Positions 1 to 12,739 are shown, counted from the first letter of the whole stretch. The stretch: DNA of 63,536 nucleotides, filler included, from Dimorphilus gyrociliatus (GCA_904063045.1; 5 parts of 5 records of this genome joined end to end with filler, not necessarily neighbours in it); one strand, 5' to 3'. The notes: generated from the letters alone by a model not told the origin. Program-made: numbers and translations.

Positions 1-1
1 A

Positions 2-252
2 CAGCCGCGGTCATAAATATCTATACATGAAAAAAAAAATTTTTTTTTTCTATAAAATAATTTTTTTTTGGATTTCTTCAACAAAATTGTTTGTTCTTTT
101 TTTAAATATTTGTTGAAGAATATGTTATAAACCAGAAAATGGATTTAGTTTACTGAAAAAAATATTCTTATATAAAAAAAAGAATGTTTTTTAATTCTAT
201 GTTTATTTATCATTAAAAATAGTCCCAAAAAAAATGGCCAAAAATATTTATA
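2..252. repeat. Left inverted-repeat arm with outer (9-25) and inner (236-252) direct repeats
   Basis: GGTCATAAATATCTATA at 9-25 and GGCCAAAAATATTTATA at 236-252. Confidence 0.8.
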
Positions 253-319
253 TAAATTTAATTACATAGTTTGTCAAGGTTTTTTTTCTAAATTTTTGCG
301 TTTTGTCTCAGTCTAAAAA

Positions 320-1312
320 CTACTTTTTAATTCTGTTTCCTTTATTGATAATAACTTGCCAAACTCTCTCCCCGATTCCTCTATATAAATTTTTCACAAA
401 ATCTCTATTGCTTGTATTGATTTTGTCCACCTCTTCCTGTATCCTGTCCCATAAATGGTCAAGGGTTTTTGGTGTTTGAATTTCATACACTTTAATTTTT
501 AAATAACCCCACAAATTCTCTATGGGGTTGAGGTCTGGAGAGTATGGAGGCCAATCAAGGACATGAATTCCATTCTCCTCCAGGATATCCATTGTTACTC
601 TGGCAGTGTGTGGGGGTGCATTATCCTGCTGAAAGGTGAAGTTTTCTCCAAATTTTTCCCTCAAAATTGGGAAAACTGTTCCCTGAAGAAATTCGGCATA
701 AATCTCTCCAGAGATGTTGGAGGGAAGTCTTTGGATAAAAACTTCACCATCTGAGGATATGCACCCCCACACCATCACTCCTCCTCCACCAACTGGAAGC
801 TTATCTCTAAAGAGCCTTGGCCTGTCATTGAGCTGCCAGGTTAACAGATGATCGGGACCATCCAGCGAAAACCTGGACTCATCTGTGAAGACCACATTTT
901 TATATTCAACTTGGCTCTGAATCCATCCACCCAGTATATTTAATCGTGTGGTTTTTGCTCTTGCTGACAAAGGGCATACCTTCAAAATGGGCAGATACTT
1001 TGCTCCATTTTTATTTAGAATCCTTCTAATGGTTCTTTCAGAAAGATCCAGGCTTAAGTTATCCTTAATTTTTTTAGCAGTTGCCAACTCTCTTTTTTCC
1101 TGTAATCTTATGCATTCTCTTTTAATTAGTGACTTCAGTCTTTCACTGGCTTCGGATGGTCTTCCCCTTTTGTCAGGTTTTCCTGCTCTTTTGTTCTCAC
1201 AGATATACTGGAGTGAAGGTTTTGGGATATTTAAGTCCGCCTCAAGTTCTTTATAGGTCATTTCAGCTTTTTTCGCCCTTGCTAGCTCTCTAATTTGAGA
1301 ATGATATTTCAT
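320..1312 (-). CDS. Tc1 transposase, DD34E, 330 aa
   Basis: Motifs VVFTDESRF, FQQDNAPPH and WPPYSPDLNPIENLW are present, with 34 residues between the second D and the E. There is an N-terminal HTH-like region with GRP. Confidence 0.95.
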   Translation of the reverse strand: MKYHSQIRELARAKKAEMTYKELEADLNIPKPSLQYICENKRAGKPDKRGRPSEASERLKSLIKRECIRLQEKRELATAKKIKDNLSLDLSERTIRRILNKNGAKYLPILKVCPLSARAKTTRLNILGGWIQSQVEYKNVVFTDESRFSLDGPDHLLTWQLNDRPRLFRDKLPVGGGGVMVWGCISSDGEVFIQRLPSNISGEIYAEFLQGTVFPILREKFGENFTFQQDNAPPHTARVTMDILEENGIHVLDWPPYSPDLNPIENLWGYLKIKVYEIQTPKTLDHLWDRIQEEVDKINTSNRDFVKNLYRGIGERVWQVIINKGNRIKK

Positions 1313-1403
1313 TTTGACAAAGAAATGTAAGTAATTATCTGCGGAGTCAGATTTGTTCTAAATTCAAATGTTCTAAAAACTATTTAGACAAAAAACATGT
1401 TTT

Positions 1404-1654
1404 TATAGATATTTATGGCCATTTTTAAATTATATAATTTAATTGCAAAAAGCACTTGTTGTCTAAAATTAAAAAAAAAAAGTACTTTTAAAAGCTGAAA
1501 AAAACAAATGTTGTATGAAATTACATAAAATACCCTTTAAACAACATCATTCTATTTAAGAAAAATAATTTTATTTCTCAAAATTAGAGAAAAATGAGTT
1601 TTTAAAAAAAACATTTTCTTTTTTTTCATGTATAAACATTTTTGACCGCGGCTG
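1404..1654. repeat. Right inverted-repeat arm with inner (1404-1420) and outer (1631-1647) direct repeats
   Basis: TATAGATATTTATGGCC at 1404-1420 and TATAAACATTTTTGACC at 1631-1647, with the same 227-nt spacing as the left arm. Confidence 0.8.
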
Positions 1655-1834
1655 TATATATATATATATGTATAGGCTAAATTCTTTAATATTAGTGATA
1701 GTAGTTATCAAACAATATGGCTGTAAAAAAGATTAGTATGAATGAGAAAACAGTAAAATGCACTATCTGTTTAGAATCATTATTACAAAACAAACAAAGC
1801 AGAATTCAAGCATGTTTACAAAATACAACTGCTA

Positions 1835-3247
1835 ATGATTTTCAAAAGTCAAATTTTAAAGAAAATGATAGATACAGAAGTTGCAGAAGGATTTTCAATG
1901 ATTTGTAATGGACTTGTTCAATCATCAAATTCATTAAAAGAATTAAATATTGATTGTTGTAAATTAAGAGATGAAGATACAAAAATAATTGAAACTCTAC
2001 TGTCAGAATGTTGCAAGTTGGAAATTTTTAAATTCAATGGGATTAAACAAAGAATATATGGATTATCAAACATTTTCAATGGATTAGTTCATTCCTTACA
2101 TACTTTAAAACATATTGCCTTTATCTATTGTAATCTGACTGAAGATGACTGTAAAAATATTGGAAATATGCTAAAAAATTGCTGCCAACTAGAAATAATT
2201 GATTTAACTGGAAATGATCAAATGAGAGATGGATTAATAGAGATTTGCGATGGACTTGATCATTTATCAAAGATTTTAAAAATTATTGATTTTAATTCAT
2301 GTAATCTGACTGATAAAAATTTTGAAATAATTGGAAAATTATTGAAAAATTGTTCAAAAATTGAAAAAATTAATTTAAATAGGAGGAAAAAAGAAAGAAA
2401 AAATCCAAATGCATTATTCAACATTTGTAATGGACTTGTTCAATCATTGAATACACTGAAAGAAATTGAACTCAAATATTGTCATCTAAGTGAAATTGAT
2501 TGTAAAAATATTGGAAATATGCTACAATATTGTTCTAAAATAGAAATTTTGAATTTGGGTAGTAATAAGGAAATGGGAAATGGTGTTTCCCATATTTGTG
2601 ATGGACTTGTCAAATCATCAAATTTCTTAACAGGTATCCAGTTTAGATGGTGTAATTTAAGTGAAAATCAATCAATAGAAATTGGCAAATTATTGGAAAA
2701 TTGTTCTAAAATACAATCAGTAAATTTAAGTGGTAATAAAGAAATGAATAATGGATTACTTAGGATTTGTGATGGATTATCTCTATCCATAAACAAACTA
2801 AAAGATTTAGATTTTAGCTGTTGTAATCTAACAGAGAAACAGTCAATAACTATTGGAAATATGCTGAAAAGTTGCTCTCAATTAGAAATAGTTAAATTTA
2901 GTAAAAATATTCAAATGGGTAATGGATTATCAAATATTTGTGATGGTCTTTCCCAATCATCATCGTCATGTTCTTTAAGATGTATTGAGTTTAAGTGGTG
3001 TAATTTAACTGAAAATCAATCAATAACTATAGGAAAATTACTGCAAAATTGTTGCTGTATAGAAATATTAGAATTAACTGGTAATAGAGATATGAGAAAT
3101 GGTTTATCAGCAATTTGTCATGGATTAATTCAATCACAGAATACTTTGACATATCTTGATTTAGCCTGTTGTTATCTAACTGAAATTCAATCCATAAATA
3201 TTCATTGTATACTAAAAATATGTTGTAATTTGAGAATAGTAGAATAA
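1835..3247 (+). CDS. Ribonuclease-inhibitor-like LRR protein (NLR-type LRRs, no NACHT seen); 5' end uncertain
   Basis: About 8 tandem ~57-aa units with consensus ICxGLxxSxxxLKxIxxxxCNLxExxxxxIGxLLxNCxxIExIxLxGN. Confidence 0.85.
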   Translation: MIFKSQILKKMIDTEVAEGFSMICNGLVQSSNSLKELNIDCCKLRDEDTKIIETLLSECCKLEIFKFNGIKQRIYGLSNIFNGLVHSLHTLKHIAFIYCNLTEDDCKNIGNMLKNCCQLEIIDLTGNDQMRDGLIEICDGLDHLSKILKIIDFNSCNLTDKNFEIIGKLLKNCSKIEKINLNRRKKERKNPNALFNICNGLVQSLNTLKEIELKYCHLSEIDCKNIGNMLQYCSKIEILNLGSNKEMGNGVSHICDGLVKSSNFLTGIQFRWCNLSENQSIEIGKLLENCSKIQSVNLSGNKEMNNGLLRICDGLSLSINKLKDLDFSCCNLTEKQSITIGNMLKSCSQLEIVKFSKNIQMGNGLSNICDGLSQSSSSCSLRCIEFKWCNLTENQSITIGKLLQNCCCIEILELTGNRDMRNGLSAICHGLIQSQNTLTYLDLACCYLTEIQSINIHCILKICCNLRIVE

Positions 3248-3321
3248 TTATTGTACAACCTCCACTATATTTTATGCTTAAATTGAATATATTTGAATAT
3301 TGACAAAGAGCATCTTCCAAT

Positions 3322-3720
3322 TCAAAAAATTGGTGTACAAGCTACATCAATAACCAATTTTATGATTAATCCAAAAATGAAGAAAAGGGTTGTCAGTTCA
3401 AGATGATTTTTAGATGCTCCACTAGAATTACTCTTGCCTTGAGATAATAAATAACAAATTGTAGATATATTTTTAAAAAAAAACTACTTACAAAATTTAG
3501 CTATTTCATTTTCAGATGGGATTAAATTAGGAACTGCACAGCCAGTAGATTTCGCTGCTTTTAGATATCTGACACTATTGCTATACATGTTACAAAATTG
3601 TTGAGCTGTTGGATCAGGTGTTCTCAACATTGAATTATTCAATTCATTAGTGCATTTTTCTAGTTTCTTAAGACATTCAGGTGTAGATCTTTTTTCCATA
3701 GACCAACAAAATGATGTAAA
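3322..3720 (-). CDS. 3' exons of a small Cys-containing protein with a hydrophobic C-terminal tail (possibly TM or GPI-anchored)
   Basis: ORF 3484-3699 carries a GTAAG donor. The 54-nt intron 3438-3491 joins it in frame to KSNSSGASKNHLELTTLFFIFGLIIKLVIDVACTPIF*. The first exon was not found. Confidence 0.5.
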
Positions 3721-3849
3721 TACTGAAAAAATTTAAAGAAAATTTTAAATTAAACCTAAGGGATACCCATAGCATACAAAACTTTTAACTTACCCAACAA
3801 CACAATGATGTACTTTCTCCTTCTTGGCTCAAAATCAACAGTGTCATCA

Positions 3850-4400
3850 GGGAAGATTGGACTATTTCTCAGTAGGTTTTGATGATAACCTTCCAAATCA
3901 TTATTTGTTCTTTTAGCTTTGATCAAAAACAGACCAAGTCTCTGGAGACCAAAATGTAATTCTTATCCAAGTATTAGATACATAGTCCAACAAATCAGAT
4001 GGTTTATTTTCTTTTGTCAGTTGATTTTGAATTTTAATGAATTGATTTTCAATCATGCCATGAGGCAAATATGGCAGAGACATAATCATTCTCACGGATT
4101 CCCAAGCTCCCTCTTTTTTTCTAAATTCCCTTCTATAACCAAGTTCCATAAACAAAACATATGTTGATTTCATTATTAAAAATTTTAGAAATTAATAAAT
4201 CTGATTTTTTCTAAATATTGCCTGAGACCAGTGAAATGAACATCCAGTCAAGATAGCATCAGGCCATACATTTTGTAAAGTTTTCCAAACAATCTTTTCA
4301 TAATCTAAGACTATTTTCTTGGGAACAGATAGTTCTTACTCTTGCATTCCATACCATCAAGGAATCTCTTGAAACTTTAGTGGAAGTTATTCAACTTTCA
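3850..4400 (-). pseudogene. MULE (Mutator-like) transposase remnant
   Basis: Motifs GCSFHWSQAIFRK, MSLPYLP, DYVSNTWI..WSVF and, after a frameshift, RTNNDLEGYH. Confidence 0.8.
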
Positions 4401-6249
4401 TCACAACTTAGATCTTAGTATCTAGTTCAACATTATAAAAAAACTAACACTAATGTAACATTGACTGTAGTTCTGCAAGTGGCCTAACCCAAACTCAAAC
4501 TAAAACCTAACCCTATAAAAACTGAATAGCAGAGTAGATAGTTTGTAATAATAGATTGCCAAGTTACCAAACTAGCATCCAGCATTGAAAGAGTAGAAGA
4601 CTTGTTCCATTGGAGGTTGTTTCTATGTTATCTTCCTCAATGGTTCAATTGAGATGTCACCACTTGGGGCAGAAGAATGAGTGTTTAAATACTTTGAGAT
4701 TGGCCTCTTATATCCAATGATCACTTTAAAATCGGTACATTGTCAAATTCATATTTATCTTTAGTAATTGGATGTTACAAAGTTCAACCTTAGGGTAGCC
4801 AATTTGATTATGACTTGGCCACATCTTAAGGAGGATTAATTCAATTGCAACAGGGCCACACCTTATGATGAAAGTTGTACAATGGTGTATTGTGAAGAAG
4901 ATCTAGAAGATTATAAAACATCTGCTCCAAAGTCAATTTACCAATAGTCATCTTCCATTTGTCGAAAATTTTCATGAATCATAAAGTTATCTTTTCCAGT
5001 ATGTAATTTTTGTGGGATGAGGGTTGGTCCGATAAGATCTTCTATTTTCTCCAAAAGTTGATCAAATTTAACATTGTCATTATCCAAATCTTCAATAAAC
5101 TTTTTGAGAACACAAATAAAGATATTACATAGCCTCTCTCCAGAATAGCATTTTTTCCCAGGAATTACAGAATGAATGGTTCTATCATTTGTCTTAAATT
5201 TTTCTTTTACATTTGAAAAATTCCTGCATTTTGCGAAGTAATTAAAGCATTTAGGTAACCAGTTCAATAATTGACAAAAATGTGATGTTTCAATTTCTTT
5301 TCAGTTTCTATTTCTTTTCCTTTGTTGATTCAAATTGTTAAAAATTTCCAAATAATTTTCTGTTTCTTTTAGTGATTCTTGTAAAAGGATTATATCGAAT
5401 CTTTCAATGACCTTTTAGAATAAATCGTGAAATTATGAAATGGTTATAAAATAATTTTTTCAACCTACCTCCATTAGAGTATTATTAACTTTTTTCTGTG
5501 TGTTAAATGCCCCAATTTTCAATGTTTGAATTCTATCACATTTATCATCATCAGTTGCATCCATTTCAGTTTTTTTTTCCATTTGATTATTAGAAGATCT
5601 TTTCTAATGACAAAATTTCAGCAAAATCACCCAAGGTGTTAGGATCTGTGGAGCCTTGAAATTCAGGGTGTTAGGTGCTTGGCAGCTGTAGACTTTCGTA
5701 CTAGTATCGACTTATCTTCTCTAGTAATTATAGTGTATTGTTTTGAATTATTGCAGGTATAACAATTAGGTAAGTCACTTTTCATAAATTGTCACACAGG
5801 AAGATGTAGATTTAATCTTGATCCAAGAGAGTATCAACAGAAATTTTATAATCATGGTTCAGTTTGTTAGCAAGATGTACCTGGAGGGTATGGGAAAAAA
5901 CGTCTCAAGGTTGGGAAAAACATCCAAGAAGTAGGAAAAGATATTTGAATTTTAAAAAAAATTGTTCTATTTTGGGAACCAATGTCAATATACTGAAAAT
6001 ATAATAATTAATAATGAATACATGTTTATTAAAATGTATTAAAAAGGAAAAAGCTAAGAATGTTATACAAAGTTTAAAAGTTACCAGAATAAAGTAAAAA
6101 CTATGTTATGACACTGAGAATTATTTTGAATAGATTAATGCAATCTTCTGCAAGAGGACAGCAGATGTAATAATGCCCAATTTGTATTCATTCCAAACAG
6201 CATATACTTGGTTCTGCTTCTGGATGACACTTTTCTTCTGATACTTCTT

Positions 6250-7220
6250 TAGCCTTTTTCTGATAGAAGTTTCTCTACAACTGGAATAAGACTTGATTCC
6301 TGTTTTAAAATATCTATGAGCATATAAAATGACCCTTTTGCAGGAGTCTTTTCATTTATTCTTCTGTGCCATCCTTCAACATCATTGTTGGTCCTGATGG
6401 CAAGATCAAATACAGACCAACAATTTGATGTCCAAATTGAATGCTTAATCCAAGTACTTTCAATGTATTGGAAAAAAATTCAAAAATTCATTTCTCTCAA
6501 AGGCCTCATCTTTTAGCATGTAGAAACTGTTTAGAATGGCTTCATCTGGAAGAAAAGGTAATGCCAAAACTTTTTCAGCAGTCCTGCCTTCTGCTTTCCC
6601 CTATTATATTGTTGTGTGTATCCCAAATTCTATAATAATTTACTAATAAGGCCAACCACTGAATTTAAATATTAGCTTACTTGAATTTTTCTGTAGACAG
6701 CTTGTGTCCAATGGAAGACACAATCTTGAATAGGAATATTAGGGTAAACTGAGTTAAGAGCACTCCATATGCCTAATTCAAAATCAATTTTGTTTGGTTC
6801 TTTAGGCCTTGATTTTTGCCTATTGATATTAGCTAATCTCCTCAGATTTTCCAGATATGGTAGGCTATTTTCACTTTTATTTAAATTAATTAATAGATCT
6901 TCAGCAATTGCTCTTCCAGATGACTTGACATCTGCATTACAGATTACTCTCAATTCTTTTCTAGCAGAAATATTCACAATAAGACTTTTCCTTTTGTTAT
7001 GATTGTGTTCATGTTTACTCTTTATGAAAATATTTCCTTTTTGTTGAATAATAACTGTAAACCATAAACCATAAATATTCTTATTTCTAACAAAACATCT
7101 CCAGATGGTTCTCATGTCACTTCTAGATTTTATATTAAAAGCATAAAATACAAAAATTATAAATAATAACTCACTGGAGAGAAGGGTTCTTAAAAAAATG
7201 TATAATCTTGTAATATTCAA
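6250..7220 (-). pseudogene. MULE transposase remnant with FLYWCH-like N-terminus and internal deletion
   Basis: Motifs WRC...HEHNH, CVFHWTQAVYRKIQ followed by a GTAAG donor, LALPFLP and WSVFDLAIRTNNDVEGWH, with frameshifts. Confidence 0.8.
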
Positions 7221-8166
7221 TAAACCAAATCAATACAAGAGTTTCAATGCTTAAAAAACAAATTAGCCTGAAAATATGCCAAGAAATGCAAAATTTATCT
7301 TTCACTTACAGACAATAGAAGGAAATAATTTATTTCTCTTTTAATAGCATTACATAATTCAGAGAAAACTGGTAAAAACATCACAATACATATACCTTTC
7401 TTCAAAAATATTACTATTTTATTCTATAAATGAAGTAAACAGCAAAGAGAAAAACATTTCTGATGAGTATCAATAATTATGCCAAGTATATCTTTAGCCA
7501 GGCATAGGACATTTTTTCGCAACACTGGATATATTAAAAGTCAATTTCAAATATTCAAAATGTGTAAAATTATGGACTTTTTTGTTCCACATAGGCCTCC
7601 AATTGGAAGGAAAATTATGAATAGTTGGTTTTTCCAACTAAAGATATTTTTCTGTGATTGTTTTAATGTACAGCTATTGTTATATTTTAGGCTTAAAATA
7701 TCAATTGATAAAAACAAAGATGATTTTTATAACCATAGATTTGGGTATATCCATTATGTCCTGTGACTGAAAACAGACCTATTGATTGGCATTTTTCAAG
7801 CAAATGCACAAAATGTTTGCCTTGTTCCTCCGGCCAATTCGAATTTGTATTTTATACAATGAAACAGAACCAAATAAATATAAATAATATTCTTGATCAG
7901 ATTTGAAAGATTGAAATTTATAATTTTTATGAAAGTTTGACATGCATTGTTTGTTCTATTGTAATTCCATAGTGGCACAATCTGTTATGGTCAAAGAATC
8001 TATTTCCTAGGAAATAAATGTCTTTTTAAAGTTCTAGAATCTAATTCTACTAATTAATGTGTGTCTATTCATTGTACAACCTACAACCATACATTGCAGT
8101 TAAAGTTTTTTAACTAGTAAATTTTACTGACAAATAATCTGATTTTTGAGAGAAATAAATTAAAAA

Positions 8167-8858
8167 ATGGACTCGACTCTATCAAATTCCAACTCTGGAG
8201 AAGTTTGTAAATCTGCAAGAAAGAAAATAGAAAATTTACAAGAAAGTTTTAAATGTGTTTGTGAAATTTCAGAATCATTCAACATTAAAGATTTAAAAAA
8301 GAAAAAAGTTGTTAAATGGTTAAAGATAAATCAGACAATTTTAAAGAGAATCATTATAAAAGTCAACCTCTTGATATCTATGGGTTAGCTTTGATTTTTT
8401 TTTAGATATTGACTATATTTTTTATATTCAATTAAAAAGGTGGCTCAATTCTTGAAAGCAGGGCAAAAGCTGTTGAAAATGCTATGGTTGTGCTTGTTTG
8501 TTATTCACAAAAATATCAGGATAGTCCATCTTGCAGGAGTGGTAAAACATTTCCTTATTAATTATATAAAATTTTGAAAATAATTTTGAAATTTTGAATT
8601 CAAATAGAAGCTGAATATGCTGCTCAAAAGAGAAGAATCATTATTCCTATAAAAATGGAAGAAAATTTTGAACCTGAAAATTGGTTGGGTTTAATTCTTG
8701 GAAGTAAACTTTATATTAACTTTTCTAAGTCTGCAAAGAGAAATGAATCATTTCAAAATTTATTAAAAGAACTAACAAATAAGGTGGAGCAATTGGATTC
8801 AATTGATAATTCTACAAATGGAGAAAAATCTCCAACAATTAATATAATTTTTATATAA
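8167..8858 (+). CDS. TIR-domain (TIR_2-like) protein, 3 exons; N-terminal part of the TIR degenerate
   Basis: Introns 8384-8439 and 8542-8607 (GT-AG) give MGGSILESRAKAVENAMVVLVCYSQKYQDSPSCRSEAEYAAQKRRIIIPIKMEENFEPENWLGLILGSKLYINF, the typical invertebrate TIR_2 signature. Confidence 0.75.
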
Positions 8859-9336
8859 TGAATATAAATATAAATATAATTTATATAATTAAATATAATG
8901 AATACTCAGAAATTGAAAATTCCTACTTTCTCTTAAACAGTATGCAACATAATAAGCAAAACTGGCAAATATCCATATATGGAAGATAATCTTAAGAAAT
9001 GTCAGTTATATTACAACCATTACCAACAGATTTATCATCTAAAACTCAAATTCCACTTTTAGCATTGAAAGATTGTTTTAAGCTTAAGCTTAAAGTTTGG
9101 AATATTTTACAAACAATCACAGAATACTGAAGAAAGTAGCTGTAAAAAGAACTTTTGTAAATGTTTATATAAATATAGTATTTAATTGAGTTAATTAAGG
9201 TTAGTGATAATGAAATGAATTATGAAAATTAACCTTATTGATTTAACAGATCTAATAAAAACTTAGGGCTGCCTTCCAATCACAACTGTAGATGTTTAAA
9301 TCTCTTAAATACCCAATTTAAATATCACATTTTTCT

Positions 9337-11736
9337 TTATAACTTTCTGTATTTTGTTATAGGAAAATCTTTTAGAAATTTATTTAAACATGGAATTTCT
9401 TCCTCTCTATAAACACAATCGGAAAAGTTAATTTTCACTAATGAAGATGAAGATGACTTTAATCCTTTACATATCTTCTTGAATCCTTTTCTTAATTCCT
9501 TATTATCACTCAGATTAATGGCATTTAATTTTGTGCATTTTTTCAACAAATCTCCAAGCCAATTGCCTTGTTTATCAGATAGATTACAATAAGATAAGTT
9601 AATTTTTAATAAGGAAGATGATGATGTAGATTTTAATGCTTTGAAAACCTTTTTAAATTCATTTCCAAAATAAAAATTCCAACTTAAATCAATTTCTTGT
9701 AATTGTTTACATGAATTTAAGAAATTGCTCAACCAGTAACCTTGTTTTCTGCTTAAATTACACTCAGAAAAGTTAATTTTTGATAGGAAAGAAGATGAAT
9801 ATTTCATTCCATAACATATTTCTTTAAATCCATTTTCAAAGCTAAAATTTGAGCCTATATTAATATCTTTTAAGTTTTGACAAGATGTCCATAGATTTGC
9901 TAACCAAAAACTTTGTTCATCATAGAAATGACAATGAGATAAATTAATATTTAATAATGTCAAAGATGATGATTTTAATCCCTGACAAATCTTTTGAAAT
10001 TCATTTTCAAAATTATAATTCAAACTTAAATCAATTTCTTCTAATTGATTACATTCATTCAATAAATCTCCAAGCCAGAAACTTTGTTCAGCAGTTAATT
10101 TACAACAAGAAAAATCAAGATTTAATAATGAAGATGATGATGATTTTAATCCATTGCATAATCTTTTAAATTCATTACCACAGGTATTATTCCCACTTAA
10201 ATTAATTTGTTGTAATTCTGAACAATCTATTAATAAATTACTTAACCAAATAGTCTGCTCCATTGATAATTCGCAATGACAGAAATTAATTTTCAATAAT
10301 GAAGATAAAGAAAATTTCAATCCATTGCAGATATTTTCAAATTCAACTCCAAATTTAAAATTCCAACTCAAATCAATTTCTTCTAAATGTCTACATTCAT
10401 TCAACAATTTACTTATCCAATGGCCTTGTTCATTTGAAAATCTACAACTTGAAAAATTAATTTTACATAAGAATGGTGAAGATTTTAAACTGGAAAAAAC
10501 TTTTCCATGTTCACTTTTGAATCTATGAAGTGATTGTAAATTAATTTTATGCAAATTAGTACATTGATGTATCAAATTAGAAAGATAACTGCAATTTTCA
10601 GCTGATAGATAACAGGAAGAAAAGTTTAGCTTTTCTAATGATGATGATGATAATTTCAAACCCTTGCAAATATTTTTAAATTCTTTTCCAAAATGAAAAT
10701 TATAGCTAATATCAATTTTTTGTAAATATTTACACTTATTCAACAAAATGGCTAACCAAAAGTTTTGCTTATCAGAGAGTTTACAAGAGGAAACATTAAT
10801 TTTCAATAAGGTTGATGATGATGATTCTAATCCAAGACATATTTTCTCAAATGACAATCCAAAATTTTTATTAAAACTTAAATCAATTGATTGTAGCTGA
10901 GTACATTCATTCAATAAATTACCCAACCAAAAACCACTCTTTTCACATGATCTACAGGAAGATAAATTCATTTTTAATAATGAATTTGGCAATTGTCTTA
11001 ATCCATTGTATATCGTTCAGCAATTCTTTGGAAAACTATTCAAATTCAAATTGAGTACTTTCAATTTTGTACATTTTGTTAGCAAATTGTTTAAACATTG
11101 GTGATTTTCTTCAAGATATAAACAGCAATTGGAAAAGTAAATCTTTTCTAAACAATGAGCAGAGGCTTGTAAACCATTGCAGATGTATTTTAAATGTTTC
11201 AGTAGGCCTATTGGAGAAATTATCTTAATTGTTTGTAAACTATGACAATTTAATAATGAATTTTGTATATGAAGACAATTTTCCTTCTCAATTCTACAAT
11301 TTACTAATACAAGTTTACTGAGACCTTGACTTATGTAGAATTTTCCTGAGTTATTGAAATTATATAACCTTAAAGTTTTAATTGGATGATTTTTAAGGAA
11401 ATCCAAATTCTTTATGTTGGAAAATTTTCCTGATTTGAAAGAAATATTTGCCAATTGTATAAATTTATTACAAAAAAATTCCAATTCCCAATCCAAAAAT
11501 GGTGTATTATGACTACAGAAGTATTTAAATATTTCATCACCAACACCAAAAGGTATAATAGAAGAGTAATTTTTTCTAATCATTTTCAGTAGATAGGCAT
11601 TTTTTCTCAGAAATATAAAGATAAGAACTTTCAGTGATTTCACAAACATTTTGTAGGAAAGAATGGACACTGCATATAGTCGGAATACTTTTCGAAAATA
11701 ACAAATACTATATATAGCTATATGATTTAAAAACAT
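9337..11736 (-). pseudogene. RI-like LRR gene interrupted by a single in-frame TGA (11017-11019); likely ATG at 11649
   Basis: ORFs 11017-11736 and 9337-10992 share one frame (FPKNC*TIYNGLRQLPNSLL). About 10 57-aa LRR units follow the stop. Confidence 0.75.
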
Positions 11737-12739
11737 TTGTTATATTCAATAGATGGCGTTACTAATACCACTTAATACAAGATTATATAAAACTGCATAT
11801 GTGTATTTGTGTATTAAAATTTCTGATATTGAAAAAAACGTGATTTTATTCCAACGCATAAAACATAGAACAGAGGGTGTAAAACATATAGGCCTGTTTT
11901 GGGATGCATCCAATTGGCAACCCATTAAATAAGAACTGTTATTCTCTTATAAAATGATTAAGAAAGGAGGCTGAGTTAATAGAGATCTTTAAAAATTATT
12001 GCCTGGAAAAAAGTTGAGAAAAATATAAAAGAAGAATTATAAATATTCACAATTTCAGATTTTTCAGTTGTGGAGTAAATTTAAAGAAAGAGAAATTCTT
12101 TGGGATGAATGCCTTAAACTAACTTGAAAATGTCAACAAGACGTGAATCTTATCACTAATGATATTTAAGATAACAAAAAGGAGGAAGAGATTTCAATGT
12201 TGAACAATTAAACCAACAAATTTTTTAAACAATTCAAACTTCATTTACCTTTTTTATAAAAATCAGAATCGTTTTCATCATGTCAAATTATTCCTAATGA
12301 ATTATTTGTTGTAAAACTGCATTTATTCTCTGAAGTTTTATAATTGAATTCCCCTTTTTTTTAAATGTATGATTAACAGAAGAAATTTCAAATAGTCAGT
12401 TATATTTCTAGAATCTTATGGAAACAAGGCCAATTAGCTAGATTGATTATCAATTTCTTACTAATGTGTACTAGTAATGTCATATTCAAATACATTTGAC
12501 TGAGCTTGCTATTATTTCTGTCTAGTTTGCAAAGCAAACAATTACAAAATTTTCTATTTGTTCTTTTTTTAATGGATAATATCAAAAATGGAGATAATGA
12601 TATTTTCATGAAAATGACATTTGAAATATTTCAAGAAAACTATTTATACTACTAACCATTTAGAAAGATTTCTTGAACAGTTTCGTATGATATTTCGCTA
12701 TCCCATGCCATTAATTCATCTATTTTACCTTTTCCTAAC

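Larger units (their letters stand above)
2..1654 (-). mobile_element. Tc1-family DNA transposon, apparently complete, with IR/DR-type ends
   Basis: The left end CAGCCGCGGTCATAAATATCTATACATG (from 2) is the near-perfect reverse complement of the right end CATGTATAAACATTTTTGACCGCGGCTG (to 1654). TA follows at 1655, and position 1 is the A of the left TA. An intact transposase ORF lies inside. Confidence 0.95.

Noticed and set aside
1717-1908. RING-like CTICLES at the start of a short ORF
   Set aside because: Only one CxxC is present, the remaining ligands are missing, and it is out of frame with the LRR ORF.
4480-4515. Telomere-like CCTAAC words (also about 15175-15235)
   Set aside because: Too few and too degenerate to indicate a telomere or an interstitial array.
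4938-5267. 109-aa ORF with scattered Cys
   Set aside because: No recognisable domain or splice context; it may be a decayed transposon fragment.
11017-11019. Selenocysteine recoding of the in-frame TGA
   Set aside because: The position is not a Cys in the repeat consensus and no SECIS was recognised.
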